From a virus (lineage: Duplodnaviria > Caudoviricetes), in the IMG/VR virus record IMGVR_UViG_2828467665_000001, positions 7,880 to 71,879 of that record: DNA of 64,000 nt; one strand, 5' to 3'. Position numbers and translations under genes: made by a program. A model generated the notes under the pieces. The model was not told the origin of the DNA and searched no databases. It worked only from the letters and a program-made list of their open reading frames with translations. Each line of letters starts with the position of its first letter. Position 1 is the stretch's first letter. Shown piece after piece: positions 1 through 9,347 of the stretch.

Positions 1-27
1 GCACGCTTCTGCTGGTGGGGGAGCCGG

Positions 28-321
28 TCATGGCCCCCTCGCGAAAATCAAGCATGGGTCTTTGTCGACTGGTAAAAACCCCTTAGCTTCCAAAATCGAG
101 CGCATCTGATATAAAGGGCAGGGCACAATGACAGTTCGACCGGATGCCCAAATCTCCTTCATCAGACGCGATAGCGCACCTGTTCCGGGCCGAGCCGCGA
201 TCATAAGGGCCAGCCAGGCCTCGCGCTTTCCGTCGTAAATGTAGCTGTCCGCGTCCCAATCTTCGGCGGGGAACCACTCTCGTTCTCCGGGCGAGATGGG
301 GCCGGTAAGTGCGTCCGTCAT
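28..321 (-). CDS. Hypothetical phage protein
   Basis: ATG at 321 overlaps the stop of the upstream gene (ATGA); 97 aa. Confidence 0.6.
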   Translation of the reverse strand: MTDALTGPISPGEREWFPAEDWDADSYIYDGKREAWLALMIAARPGTGALSRLMKEIWASGRTVIVPCPLYQMRSILEAKGFLPVDKDPCLIFARGP

Positions 322-788
322 GCCGCCCTCACGCTGTCTCGCGACCCCGGCGGTGCACGCGGCGCGGTCATCTCCGCGATTTCGGCGAGCAGTTCCAGAT
401 GCTCGACGCCGATAGCCTGTGCGAGCGCCACCGTGGCGCGGGCGAACCACTCGCCGAAACGAGTCTGATCCATCGCGGCAAAGCTAATGCTGGCCGGCAC
501 AGCATAGGGCTTGCCGGTGAGAAGGTTGACGCGCACCTCGGCGAGACCAGTGGCGAGCTTTAGCTCGTCAAGAAGCACATCCTCGCTCGGCCAGCGATCC
601 GTGTTGTCGACGACCTTGCGCAGGGCGGCAAATAGCAGCCGGTGGTGCTTCGGGTTCCGCGCACGACGCAGGGTGACGAGAACATCTCGGCCGTCCTTGA
701 TCTGCGCCATCAGCTCGTCGGACATCACATCGCTCGGCACTAGGGAGTTGCCGCGCTTCGTGAAACACCTAGCGTCTAGATCGCCCAT
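318..788 (-). CDS. DUF1367-like phage protein
   Basis: RNPKHHRLLFA and PASISFAAMDQ..F..WF motifs; TGATG coupling to the ATPase gene. Confidence 0.75.
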   Translation of the reverse strand: MGDLDARCFTKRGNSLVPSDVMSDELMAQIKDGRDVLVTLRRARNPKHHRLLFAALRKVVDNTDRWPSEDVLLDELKLATGLAEVRVNLLTGKPYAVPASISFAAMDQTRFGEWFARATVALAQAIGVEHLELLAEIAEMTAPRAPPGSRDSVRAA

Positions 789-1951
789 CACGCTGCCTCC
801 TGATGCCCTTGCGCGGAGGCGCAAAGGGCGTTCCTGCGTGCAGACCATGCCTTGCGTACATCCTCAATATCGACAGGCTCAAGCTCATCAAGTTCCGCCT
901 GCGTCTTGCTGTCCTTGTACCAATCGTTCAGATCGTCTTCCGTCACCGCGAGGCCGATGGCGAACAGCAGCATAGCCTTGATGCCCTTCTCCCCGGGCTC
1001 CGGATCGCGAGGCTCCGCCGTCCGCTCCGTGCCCTGCGGCTTCTCATCTGGTTTTTCGGCCTTCGGAACGATGTACTCGCCGCCGTCCTTGTTGAAGGTC
1101 ATCCCCAGCGTCTTCGCGCGCTCGGCAACGAGCTTGGCGACATCACGCCCAGCTGCCTTCGCTCGCGCGAGAACGCCGTTAATCTGCTCGGCAGATACAA
1201 GCTTTGGCAGGTTCTCCGCGAACCATTCCGTCTCTGCCTTGTGCGCCGCCTGCGCCTCCGAAAGAGCGTTCAACCGGCCCTTGATCCGGGCGATGATGCC
1301 GGCGATGAATGCCGAATATTCAGGAGACCCCGTGTCTGGAATAGTGGCCTCGCCAATCTCGGCAGGATCTTTCCCAAACGCCGTCTCCGTGGGCGAAAAC
1401 ACGAGATACCGCTGCCTGCCGATTATTGAGACGCGAGCGATAACGTCGCTATCGGTTAGGATCAAATCTTTTGATCCGCCAGGGATTTTCAGACGCTCCT
1501 TGGTGACGTCACCGTCTTTTTGCTCATCCATATGGGCGATGAGGATAACGTCCTTGCCGAACCCGCGTAGCAGCTTGAGGAATGCGGAGAACCGGACGCC
1601 CAACTGCCCCCAGCCCTGCTGACTGAGCGCCCCGCCGTGCGACAGACGGGAGTTACTGCGGATGATGTCCTGCGCCAGCGTGTCGATCGCCTTGCCAACC
1701 GTGTCGATGACAATAGTGTCGTAACTGGCGACGTCAGATGCCGTGATGCCCGCTACATCGGACCATTGCGAGACTTGCACCGTATCTTTGCGATCCACGG
1801 CCCGGTGCGCGCCCTTGTCGAAGTCGAGCAGCAACGGCCGCGGCGCCGTAAAGGCAAGGCTGGTCTTGCCCAAGCCGGGCTGCGCGTACACTGTGAAGCA
1901 CAGGGTATCGACCTTGATGACGTCGGTGGCAGTGGTGACCTTCAGGGCCAT
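788..1951 (-). CDS. Sak4-like AAA ATPase (phage recombination protein)
   Basis: Walker A AQPGLGKT, LLLDFDKG, IVIDT Walker B, VILIAH. Confidence 0.85.
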   Translation of the reverse strand: MALKVTTATDVIKVDTLCFTVYAQPGLGKTSLAFTAPRPLLLDFDKGAHRAVDRKDTVQVSQWSDVAGITASDVASYDTIVIDTVGKAIDTLAQDIIRSNSRLSHGGALSQQGWGQLGVRFSAFLKLLRGFGKDVILIAHMDEQKDGDVTKERLKIPGGSKDLILTDSDVIARVSIIGRQRYLVFSPTETAFGKDPAEIGEATIPDTGSPEYSAFIAGIIARIKGRLNALSEAQAAHKAETEWFAENLPKLVSAEQINGVLARAKAAGRDVAKLVAERAKTLGMTFNKDGGEYIVPKAEKPDEKPQGTERTAEPRDPEPGEKGIKAMLLFAIGLAVTEDDLNDWYKDSKTQAELDELEPVDIEDVRKAWSARRNALCASAQGHQEAA

Positions 1952-1953
1952 GG

Positions 1954-2706
1954 CTACACCCTCCGATCTTCGGTAGCGGTCACGCCTGCCGGCGGTTTTC
2001 CGTGTTCTTTGTGGTAAATGCGAGCGGCACTGATGATCGCGTCCCGTATTGCATCCGTGAGAGGCAGGTCGATCATAGCCGCTACAGGATCGGTAACCTC
2101 GAAAACAAGCACGGTGCGGAGCGAGAGCGCACGTGCATTGCCAGACTTCATGCGGACATGCGCACCCCGCTCCGCGATGTTCGCGGCACGCTCGGCGCGC
2201 GCCGCGTCACGGGCGGCAGCGTCGGCGTCCAGAACCGCCGCCCCGATATCCACACCGATCTCGCCTTGAGCCGCATTGTCGCGGGCTTCTATCTCGGCAA
2301 GCTCTGCCTCGCGGGCCTTGCGAGCGGCTTCCTCTGCGGCGAGCCGGGCCTGTTCGGCCTCTTTGCGCCGCCTATCTTCCTCGGCTCGTGCATAGGCCGT
2401 GGCGCGGGATTTCAGATCGTCCTTGAGACCATTGAGCGGGCTACTTGCCGCCTTGTACGATGCGTTTATCGCCTTCACCTCAGCGTTTAGAGGCCGAACG
2501 CGCTCGGTCCGATCATCTTCAAGGTCGGCAAGGTGTTTATTCACCGTGTCAATCAGGGCGGCAGCTTTCGATGCCGATACCTGATCCTCGATGACAGGAT
2601 GCTCCGCAAGCCACGCCGAGATGCCGGCCACGATAGGCTTGATCATCTCGATAGGTTCGGGAGGGTTGTTGTGCGTTCGCGGCGGCAACGTTTCAGCGGC
2701 GGACAT
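1954..2706 (-). CDS. Coiled-coil phage recombination-region protein
   Basis: HNNPP N-terminal motif, long Ala/Glu/Arg coiled coil, RBS GGAG. Confidence 0.7.
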   Translation of the reverse strand: MSAAETLPPRTHNNPPEPIEMIKPIVAGISAWLAEHPVIEDQVSASKAAALIDTVNKHLADLEDDRTERVRPLNAEVKAINASYKAASSPLNGLKDDLKSRATAYARAEEDRRRKEAEQARLAAEEAARKAREAELAEIEARDNAAQGEIGVDIGAAVLDADAAARDAARAERAANIAERGAHVRMKSGNARALSLRTVLVFEVTDPVAAMIDLPLTDAIRDAIISAARIYHKEHGKPPAGVTATEDRRV

Positions 2707-2718
2707 GGCTATCTCCAT

Positions 2719-2814
2719 TCAGCGTGGCGCATTGCGCGCTGCGAAAAACAGGCAAATCGAGGTAGGGCCGAAATAAACAATGGCTTGGGTGATCGCGAAT
2801 ATTGCCTCGGCCAT
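2719..2814 (-). CDS. Small hydrophobic peptide (31 aa)
   Basis: Fills the gap in the operon; one hydrophobic segment. Confidence 0.4.
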   Translation of the reverse strand: MAEAIFAITQAIVYFGPTSICLFFAARNAPR

Positions 2815-2815
2815 G

Positions 2816-3283
2816 TCATGCGTCCGCGAGAGCATCGGCCAGATGCGGCAGATCGGGCAGCCGATCCGCGAGCGCGCCGCCTGTGCGCAGCTCAGCCGTA
2901 GTGACGACATACGGCGGAGCCGGGGGCGGGGGCGGGGGCGGGGGCGTTTCGATAAGCGTCGGGGTGGCAGCGACTGCAGCGTCATCTTCTTCAGTTGCGC
3001 GGCGGAGGCTCCAGGCCCTCCACGTGTCGAAGACACCGGCGGTCGATTTGACCCACACTTTGTCCCCCGCGACACCGAGCACGACGCCGACAATATCGCC
3101 AGACCTGTCGTAGACGGATTCCCCAATCTCAAACCGGGGCACAATCACGGTCACGCTGGACTCCGGCACGCGGACAGTGCGCCCTCCGATATCCAAAACG
3201 ATTTCGTCATAGCCGGTGATTTCCCGGCCGTATTTTACGGGACCTTCAAGGCGAACGATGTCGCCAGCGCGGATGATGGTCAT
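2816..3283 (-). CDS. Hypothetical protein with two small beta-rich (KOW/SH3-like) segments and a Pro8 run
   Basis: AGDIVRL / FEIGESVY pattern; ATGA coupling. Confidence 0.6.
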   Translation of the reverse strand: MTIIRAGDIVRLEGPVKYGREITGYDEIVLDIGGRTVRVPESSVTVIVPRFEIGESVYDRSGDIVGVVLGVAGDKVWVKSTAGVFDTWRAWSLRRATEEDDAAVAATPTLIETPPPPPPPPAPPYVVTTAELRTGGALADRLPDLPHLADALADA

Positions 3284-3507
3284 GCGGCTAACTCCACTGT
3301 CCATTCGCCACGGAGTTCTTCCGCGCGAGAGATGATCTTTTCATAGAGCCAGATGACATCAGACGAGATACCAATTGGCCCAAGGTTCATGGCGTATAGG
3401 TGGACAATGCACGCAGCATCATCAGAAAGGTCGATGTCCATTTCGACCAGAGACTGCGCGCGTATCTCGATATGAGCCGCGAGCGTGGCGGGGGATGGGG
3501 AGGCCAT
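3280..3507 (-). CDS. Hypothetical protein
   Basis: TAATG coupling within the operon. Confidence 0.6.
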   Translation of the reverse strand: MASPSPATLAAHIEIRAQSLVEMDIDLSDDAACIVHLYAMNLGPIGISSDVIWLYEKIISRAEELRGEWTVELAA

Positions 3508-3935
3508 TACGCAGCCTCCATATCAGCGGCGATCACCGCGTTGCGGGCGATATCCGATCCGTCATCGTGGTCCGCCATGTAGCGGCCAGCGAGGATTTCG
3601 GCGGATCGCTCGACACGTGCGAGGGCAAGGCGAAGGTGCATCTCGACATCGATTGCCTCTAGGCGCGCATCACTGTCGGTGGACTTGCGGGCAACGCCGC
3701 CTATCAGGCTGACGGCGCGCTCCAGTGGGTGACGCATGGCCTCGAAAGCAAGATGCGTGTCGGGGCCGCTGATTGGCGCGGAGCCATCGTGTACATCAGC
3801 AAGACTTGCGAAAAGGGGGCGGGTCAAAGGATATACTCCCGGATGAGCCAGAGCGCAGCGAGAAGCGGCGCGAGCATGGCGTATAAGAAAGTGAAACGTT
3901 GTGATGTGGGTGTGCTGGACATGGGCCGCCCTCAC
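3507..3935 (-). CDS. Hypothetical protein
   Basis: GTGA overlap with the upstream gene; start uncertain. Confidence 0.5.
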   Translation of the reverse strand: MRAAHVQHTHITTFHFLIRHARAASRCALAHPGVYPLTRPLFASLADVHDGSAPISGPDTHLAFEAMRHPLERAVSLIGGVARKSTDSDARLEAIDVEMHLRLALARVERSAEILAGRYMADHDDGSDIARNAVIAADMEAA

Positions 3936-5314
3936 GCCTCGACTTCGACAGGCTTGCCATCGCGAAGCGTGTACCAGGCATCCGCTTTGATGCCGTCGCG
4001 CCCGACGATGCCGGCCCAGACGGCGATAATCTCGTAGTCGTCGTTGCGCTCGACCAGGAAAAGGGCGTTTCCGGTTTTGCCGAGCACGCGGCCTTGGTAT
4101 CCAGATGCAAGCGCTGCACCCCGCACGCCGGTGGCCGACGCTGCACCCTGCCAGCCGGTGGCCGACGCTGCACCCTGATCGCCGGTGGCCGACGCTGCAC
4201 CCTGCACGCCGGTGGCCGACGCTGCACCCCGCACGCCGGTGGCCGACGCTGCACCCCGCACGCCGGTGGCCGACGCTGCACCCTGCCAGCCGGTGGCCGA
4301 CGCTGCACCCCGCACGCCGGTGGCCGACGCTGCACCCTGCCAGCCGGTGGCCGACGCTGCACCCTGATCGCCGGTGGCCGACGCTGCACCCTGCCAGCCG
4401 GTGGCCGACGCTGCACCCTGATCGCCGGTGGCCGACGCTGCACCCTGATCGCCGGTGGCCGACGCTGCACCCTGATCGCCGGTGGCCGACGCTGCACCCT
4501 GATCGCCGGTGGCCTGAGACCCCTCTTCCGGTTTTGACCTGTCAAAAACCCATTTGACTGCGCGCCCAACTAGCCCGGCAATAGGCGATTCAGCGTTTAC
4601 GGTGACCGATGCGGAGGCGATCCAGCCGTCTTCGCGAATGGTTGCACCACCTTGGATAACAACCGCGTACCGGGCACCAGCAGGCGCAACGCGGTCGAAT
4701 ACGGTCAGGGGGTGCTCATCGGCGGGCACGGCGTCAAATCCGTCGTCGAACTCAGTCAGCTCGCCGTCGATCGTCTCGGTTTTGCCGATCTCAAAGGTTC
4801 GGCCGTTGGCACTGAAATCGGCGTCGAAGCCCTTGATCGCTTCCGCCACATCGGCGGAGGCTTCATCGGGTTGCGTGGAAATCGTTTCGGACATGGATAT
4901 CTCCCGCGCGGATTGCGCTGTGGTGCCGATCAGGCGGCGGCCTTGTGGGATTGGGGGAATTTCGCGGTAATCGCCGTAAGCCTCAGCGATCCACTCGACA
5001 AAGCCTTCCAGCTCATCGGTGGTCGCGTATCTGCTGATGACAGGCTCATCGAGAAGGTAGAGCGAGCCGTCTTTGCCGACCTCAGCCGTCTCGACGCCGA
5101 ACTCATCGCGCGCCCATTGCTCGACGGTGGAACGGCCATGGAACCTGACCATCTCCGCCATGCGCCAGCGGGCGTTGCCTGTACGAACCCGTTCAGCATC
5201 CGCGCTGACAGCGGCCATGAGCGCCTCAACCGCCGCGTCACCAGCCTCGACGCGCGCAAGGATGTCGTTCGTCCTGGCTTCGGCGAAATCGGCGTTGCTT
5301 GTGAGGGCGTTCAT
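3932..5314 (-). CDS. Phage nonapeptide-repeat (GAASATGxx) protein with DUF7666-like domain; probable internal start at 4894
   Basis: KGFDADF..G..FEIGKT domain, 15 repeats, C-terminal [14 protein letters not shown]. Confidence 0.8.
   Translation of the reverse strand: MNALTSNADFAEARTNDILARVEAGDAAVEALMAAVSADAERVRTGNARWRMAEMVRFHGRSTVEQWARDEFGVETAEVGKDGSLYLLDEPVISRYATTDELEGFVEWIAEAYGDYREIPPIPQGRRLIGTTAQSAREISMSETISTQPDEASADVAEAIKGFDADFSANGRTFEIGKTETIDGELTEFDDGFDAVPADEHPLTVFDRVAPAGARYAVVIQGGATIREDGWIASASVTVNAESPIAGLVGRAVKWVFDRSKPEEGSQATGDQGAASATGDQGAASATGDQGAASATGDQGAASATGWQGAASATGDQGAASATGWQGAASATGVRGAASATGWQGAASATGVRGAASATGVRGAASATGVQGAASATGDQGAASATGWQGAASATGVRGAALASGYQGRVLGKTGNALFLVERNDDYEIIAVWAGIVGRDGIKADAWYTLRDGKPVEVEA
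4112..4514. repeat. 27-bp tandem repeat x15 (coding)
   Basis: Invariant GCCGGTGGCCGACGCTGCACCC plus a variable 5-mer. Confidence 0.97.
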
Positions 5315-5366
5315 CGGTGTCTCCCTGCCGGTGCGCGGTGCGCTGTCGTTCGGCTATGAGGAGATA

Positions 5367-5407
5367 GTGCCCGATATGGGCACTTATGTAAAGCCCTATT
5401 TGGGCAC
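5367..5407. promoter_or_regulatory. OL-like operators (2) overlapping the leftward promoter
   Basis: GTGCCCGATATGGGCAC (5367-5383) and AAGCCCTATTTGGGCAC (5391-5407) match the sites between cI and cro. Confidence 0.85.
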
Positions 5408-5640
5408 TTTTAGAATTTTTTCATCGCCCCTCCCTCCCTCATGGGGTATAAGAGTGTGAGGGCGGGTCTCGCACGGCCTCAAACAAGAAGCCTTCCGGGT
5501 GCTAGCAGCCGCAGGAGGGGCTTCCGGCGTCAGAACAGGAAGGGGAGCAGAGCGGGTCGGCGGCAACCGACCCGCCTGCTGGCCCCCATTAAGGCAAGCA
5601 ATGACTCCACAAGCTAAAGCGCGTCGGGCAAGATCGATGT

Positions 5641-6816
5641 ATGACGAATCGCTTTCTGTCTCGACTGCCCCGGCCTGTGCGATGGCTCCTCGCCGTCAGC
5701 GCATTAGCGGCTGCCTTCATGAACACGACGCCGGGGACGTGGTTTCTGGAAGCGCTTGGCTTGGACGGGTGGTTTAAGAGGATGGTGGCATCTGCTTCAT
5801 CCTCCCTCCCTTGGCCGCTGATTGGCGGGACGGCGATTGAGGTCGCTGTTTTTGCACTGGTTCTTTATGCCGGGTACAGGCTGGGGAGAGCGCTTGCAGA
5901 ACCCCCGACGCCGAACGAGGCCACATCGCCACCGCCCGTTGTCGCGGCAGATGCGCCGTTAATTCCATCTCTAAATGACCTTAAAATGGATTCGAACCGG
6001 GCACTCGTCTTCGCCGCTGACGCAAAGATGGTTAACCGCAGCCGATCTCGCGACAGCGTTAATCGCGGCTCGCCAGAGGCTCTGCGACTATCAAGCCATC
6101 TCCTGAATCTCAAACGATATGGCATACCCGTCCCCCTAGAGGATGGCGGCGGCAGTCTGTCCATTGATTACCAGCGAGCGCTTGGCTTCCTAGAGAGCGT
6201 TGCGATACTCGGGAAGGCCGGCCATCTACAGGAAGCGAAGGCGACTGCCGAAAGGCTTCTTCGAGGCAATACTGACCTCACTCCAGCTCCATGGGGGAGT
6301 GTGTCACTGTCCCTGTTTGGCTTTGTGAGCGAAAGCCCATCAATCGGCGACGGAACGAGAGTGCTTCGCGCAACCGTTAAGGTCACAAAGGCCGTCCACA
6401 TTCAGCGGATAGAGGTGCTTTGGCAGCGGAAGGGGCAAAATGGAAACTTCGCATTGCAGATTTTCGAATCTGAGGAAGTGCTCGCGTCCGGCGTCGAGCG
6501 CCCATTCATCGTATTGCACACGCGCCCCCATATCGGGGCGTTCTGGGGGGAGCCTACTGCTGATACGAAATTACAGGCTCTAGACGACTTGGACCAGGCC
6601 GGGCGAGACCGTTATGTCAAACGACTAATCGGCCGCAATAAGCAAATTTCATGCAGGATCGTGATTGTCGCCGAAGGCCACAACGAAATCAGCCATGACT
6701 TCACGATCTGCACCGGTGGCGTTGACGATGTTCCGCAGATTGTCGATCCCGACTGGTGCATACCATATGCCGCTGCTGAGTCGCCAACAAAAGCCCGCCG
6801 AAGCGGGCTGGGTTAG
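5641..6816 (+). CDS. Moron membrane protein of unknown function
   Basis: 391 aa, two N-terminal hydrophobic segments, opposite strand to neighbours. Confidence 0.7.
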   Translation: MTNRFLSRLPRPVRWLLAVSALAAAFMNTTPGTWFLEALGLDGWFKRMVASASSSLPWPLIGGTAIEVAVFALVLYAGYRLGRALAEPPTPNEATSPPPVVAADAPLIPSLNDLKMDSNRALVFAADAKMVNRSRSRDSVNRGSPEALRLSSHLLNLKRYGIPVPLEDGGGSLSIDYQRALGFLESVAILGKAGHLQEAKATAERLLRGNTDLTPAPWGSVSLSLFGFVSESPSIGDGTRVLRATVKVTKAVHIQRIEVLWQRKGQNGNFALQIFESEEVLASGVERPFIVLHTRPHIGAFWGEPTADTKLQALDDLDQAGRDRYVKRLIGRNKQISCRIVIVAEGHNEISHDFTICTGGVDDVPQIVDPDWCIPYAAAESPTKARRSGLG

Positions 6817-7298
6817 GGGGTGTTGGTGGGCGATACCGGCAATGAAGGCAGGCGCTGTAGAATTTGCTTGATGGTTTCGTCACGCTCTCTGTCGCGCTCG
6901 GCCTGCTCGATCCTGATTGCTGAAAGGCCGATGCCACCTTCAAATCTATCGCCGGCGAAAGCGAGAACAGCAAAGACAATTGCAATCATTGCAAGCCCGG
7001 TCGTGACAATAGCGAACACCATCGCGCCGGTGCTGGGCATGCTGGAAATCTTGCCCTCAATATGCGCTACACGCTCTGGCAGCGACCGCAGACCCTCAAG
7101 GTCGCGGCTGATCGCGTCGAGCTTCACGTCTACGCGCTCGAATTTCGCCTCCAGTGATGCAACCCGCGCTTCCATTGGGTCCGACGTTCCGCCTCCATCG
7201 CCTCCGGTGCCGCCCGGACCGCGACCTTTATTATATAGCACTTCAGTCGAATCATTGCTATGGGCCAACCGCAGGTGGCCCCCGCCCAGATTAGCCAT
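6813..7298 (-). CDS. Coiled-coil plus transmembrane protein (XhlA/DUF1515-like)
   Basis: GGGTSDPMEARVASLE coiled coil followed by a TM helix. Confidence 0.7.
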   Translation of the reverse strand: MANLGGGHLRLAHSNDSTEVLYNKGRGPGGTGGDGGGTSDPMEARVASLEAKFERVDVKLDAISRDLEGLRSLPERVAHIEGKISSMPSTGAMVFAIVTTGLAMIAIVFAVLAFAGDRFEGGIGLSAIRIEQAERDRERDETIKQILQRLPSLPVSPTNTP

Positions 7299-7572
7299 TG
7301 GCCTTCTCCGACTTCCACCTAGCTATCGTCGGGCGAGACAGCAGCCGTATGTTGCCGCAATGCTTGCACGAGAGCGCGACGACAGGCAACATGGCTGCGC
7401 CGAACAGGCTTAACGCAGCAGGGTCGATGCTGGCAATGATCGGCATGTGCCCCTTATCGCCAAAACTAAGCGAAACGATCCAGTCTTGTGTGCCGCAAGC
7501 TTCGCATGGATTCGCGCCGCCGCGATCAGCGATGAACGCTTGCACATCCTCGAATGTCAGATCGTCGTTCAT
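7291..7572 (-). CDS. Small Zn-ribbon protein
   Basis: CEACG and CKHCG pairs; RBS GAGGGGGG; overlaps the next gene. Confidence 0.7.
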   Translation of the reverse strand: MNDDLTFEDVQAFIADRGGANPCEACGTQDWIVSLSFGDKGHMPIIASIDPAALSLFGAAMLPVVALSCKHCGNIRLLSRPTIARWKSEKANG

Positions 7573-7663
7573 GCTGCCCCCCTCAAAACACAGTAAACCG
7601 AAACCGATAGCGCCAGCGCGCGGCGACCTTACCGCCGCGCGCGACAGCTGCCAGATGATGCTA

Positions 7664-8038
7664 TCACGTCGCCGGCGGGGCTTTCTGGAACTTGATGTTG
7701 CAGTTTTTCCGAATTGACGCTTGCTCGATAGCGTCAAGCTCGCCTTTGAGGCGTCCAAGCTCCGCCGCTGTCTGCTTATCGCCCTTGAGAGCAAATAGGG
7801 CCGGCCAGAAAATTACGACAGCAACCGCCGTCATCGCCGCATCGTTCGACCGTGCAGAATCCTGGGTGCCGGCAACCTCTGATGCGCGCGCGGAGACGCG
7901 GGACGCTTCTTCGGCGAGCTGCTGGCAAGTATAGGATTGATACTGGATCGGTGAAACATAGCTTGCGCGAATGTCTGACGATTTTGACGCACAAGCAGTT
8001 AACGCTCCGCAGAGCGCGATAGTGACGAATTTACGCAT
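7664..8038 (-). CDS. Lipoprotein
   Basis: Signal peptide with lipobox LTAC. Confidence 0.8.
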   Translation of the reverse strand: MRKFVTIALCGALTACASKSSDIRASYVSPIQYQSYTCQQLAEEASRVSARASEVAGTQDSARSNDAAMTAVAVVIFWPALFALKGDKQTAAELGRLKGELDAIEQASIRKNCNIKFQKAPPAT

Positions 8039-8163
8039 GATGCCCCCATAGCGATAGTCCGCTAATAGGCTAACTACCGCCGGGGAAATCTGCTATAGCT
8101 TAGCTGCAACACTGGCGATGGATTCGCTCTACATCCGTGACGTGCGGGCGGCGACGCGATCAA

Positions 8164-8742
8164 TCATCTCCGTCGCCCCCTGCCGAAATTGATCACCTTT
8201 GCCGCCCAAGCGACCTCTGAATCAAGGATCGGCTCGCCAAACTGGCCTAGTAGATGATAGCGCCCGCGTGTTGATGCCGCTTGGATTTTCTTGACGAGGA
8301 TTTTCCCGTCTGGAAGGCCGACTACGCATATTTCGCCTATCAGGTCGGGCGTCACCTCGGAGCGAACGTCATCGTAGAAGACGTACCAACCATCAAAGAA
8401 TGGGCCGAGGCTGTCGCCCCTGATTTCGACCGCCACAGTCAGCGGGCTTGACCCTTCCGGTGCTTCGACAACATCGAGCGGGCCCTGCGTCGTATCGTAG
8501 AAATGCGCACCGGTCCCCGCGCCGACGTACCCGACAACCGGAGCCTCGATCGGCCCTTCACCAATTATTGCCTCTGGTGGCTCACCAAGGGCTTCGGCAG
8601 CTCTCTCAATCCATTGCTGATCAAGCCGCCTGTCGCCCTTCTCCAGTTTGATAAGCTGGTTCTTAGTCGTGCCCATCCGCCCCGCGAGTTCCGGTTGGGT
8701 AAGGCCGTGCTTTTTCCTCAATGACTTCAGATTGTTCGCCAT
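8164..8742 (-). CDS. cI: CI-like repressor (XRE HTH plus S24-like domain)
   Basis: LKSLRKKHGLTQPELA HTH; RGDSL Ser and VKK Lys; VGAG cleavage-site-like motif; divergent from cro. Confidence 0.9.
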   Translation of the reverse strand: MANNLKSLRKKHGLTQPELAGRMGTTKNQLIKLEKGDRRLDQQWIERAAEALGEPPEAIIGEGPIEAPVVGYVGAGTGAHFYDTTQGPLDVVEAPEGSSPLTVAVEIRGDSLGPFFDGWYVFYDDVRSEVTPDLIGEICVVGLPDGKILVKKIQAASTRGRYHLLGQFGEPILDSEVAWAAKVINFGRGRRR

Positions 8743-8751
8743 GCCCCCAAT

Positions 8752-8830
8752 ACGCCCAATTTGGGCACAATTGATAGTGAACCAGATGGGCACCTTTCCA
8801 GTTGACGTTAGTGCCCATTTGGGGCACTGT
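8752..8830. promoter_or_regulatory. OR-like operators (3) and rightward promoter
   Basis: 17-bp sites at 8752, 8777 and 8811 (consensus GTGCCC-N5-GGGCAC); TTGACG-N17-CACTGT. Confidence 0.85.
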
Positions 8831-8837
8831 ACGTCCC

Positions 8838-9059
8838 ATGAGATTATCAACGTACCTCAAATCACGCGGCCTCACGTATGAGGCGTTCGCCACGGCGATA
8901 GGCGTCTCGGCGTTCGCTGTTGGCAAGTGGGCGCGTGGAGCGCGAGTCCCTCGCCCTGATCACCTACGGCGCATCCGTACCGCAACGGACGGTGCAGTGA
9001 CGTTCGATGATTTCTCCCCTTCCCCCGAGCGGACCCCTTCATCCGGAGCTGAGCCATGA
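8838..9059 (+). CDS. cro: Cro-like repressor
   Basis: MRLSTYLKSRGLTYEAFA..IGVS...W..G.RVP..GAVT. Confidence 0.88.
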   Translation: MRLSTYLKSRGLTYEAFATAIGVSAFAVGKWARGARVPRPDHLRRIRTATDGAVTFDDFSPSPERTPSSGAEP

Positions 9060-9347
9060 CCCGGATGGAGCCCGCTTCACCTGCCGCGCCTTGGCTTGAT
9101 TGGATCGAGGGGACTGCGTTCCTCTCGTATCTCGATCCGGCGGGGCGCGGCTCTTTCTTCTCGGGCGCGCGCTCGTTTGCGTTGGTTAAGCCTGATGTAG
9201 GCGAGGGCGACGCTCTCGCGGGCGATGTCTCCCAGAAAGATGATGTTGTCATCGTCGGCGATGTCGTCCCGGTCCTGTCCGTTCATCCTGAAACTTCCCT
9301 CAGCAATTCGTCTTCGCAAGACCAGAGTTGCATAGGAGCGTTCCAGT

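Noticed and set aside
4112-4514. CRISPR-like array
   Set aside because: The variable parts are only 5 nt and recur, the period is 27 nt in a coding frame, and there are no cas genes
3796-4569. Alternative-frame repeat ORFs (VQRRPPA, WPTLHP, GGRRCT)
   Set aside because: By-products of the stop-free tandem repeat; only the GAASATG frame has flanking domains
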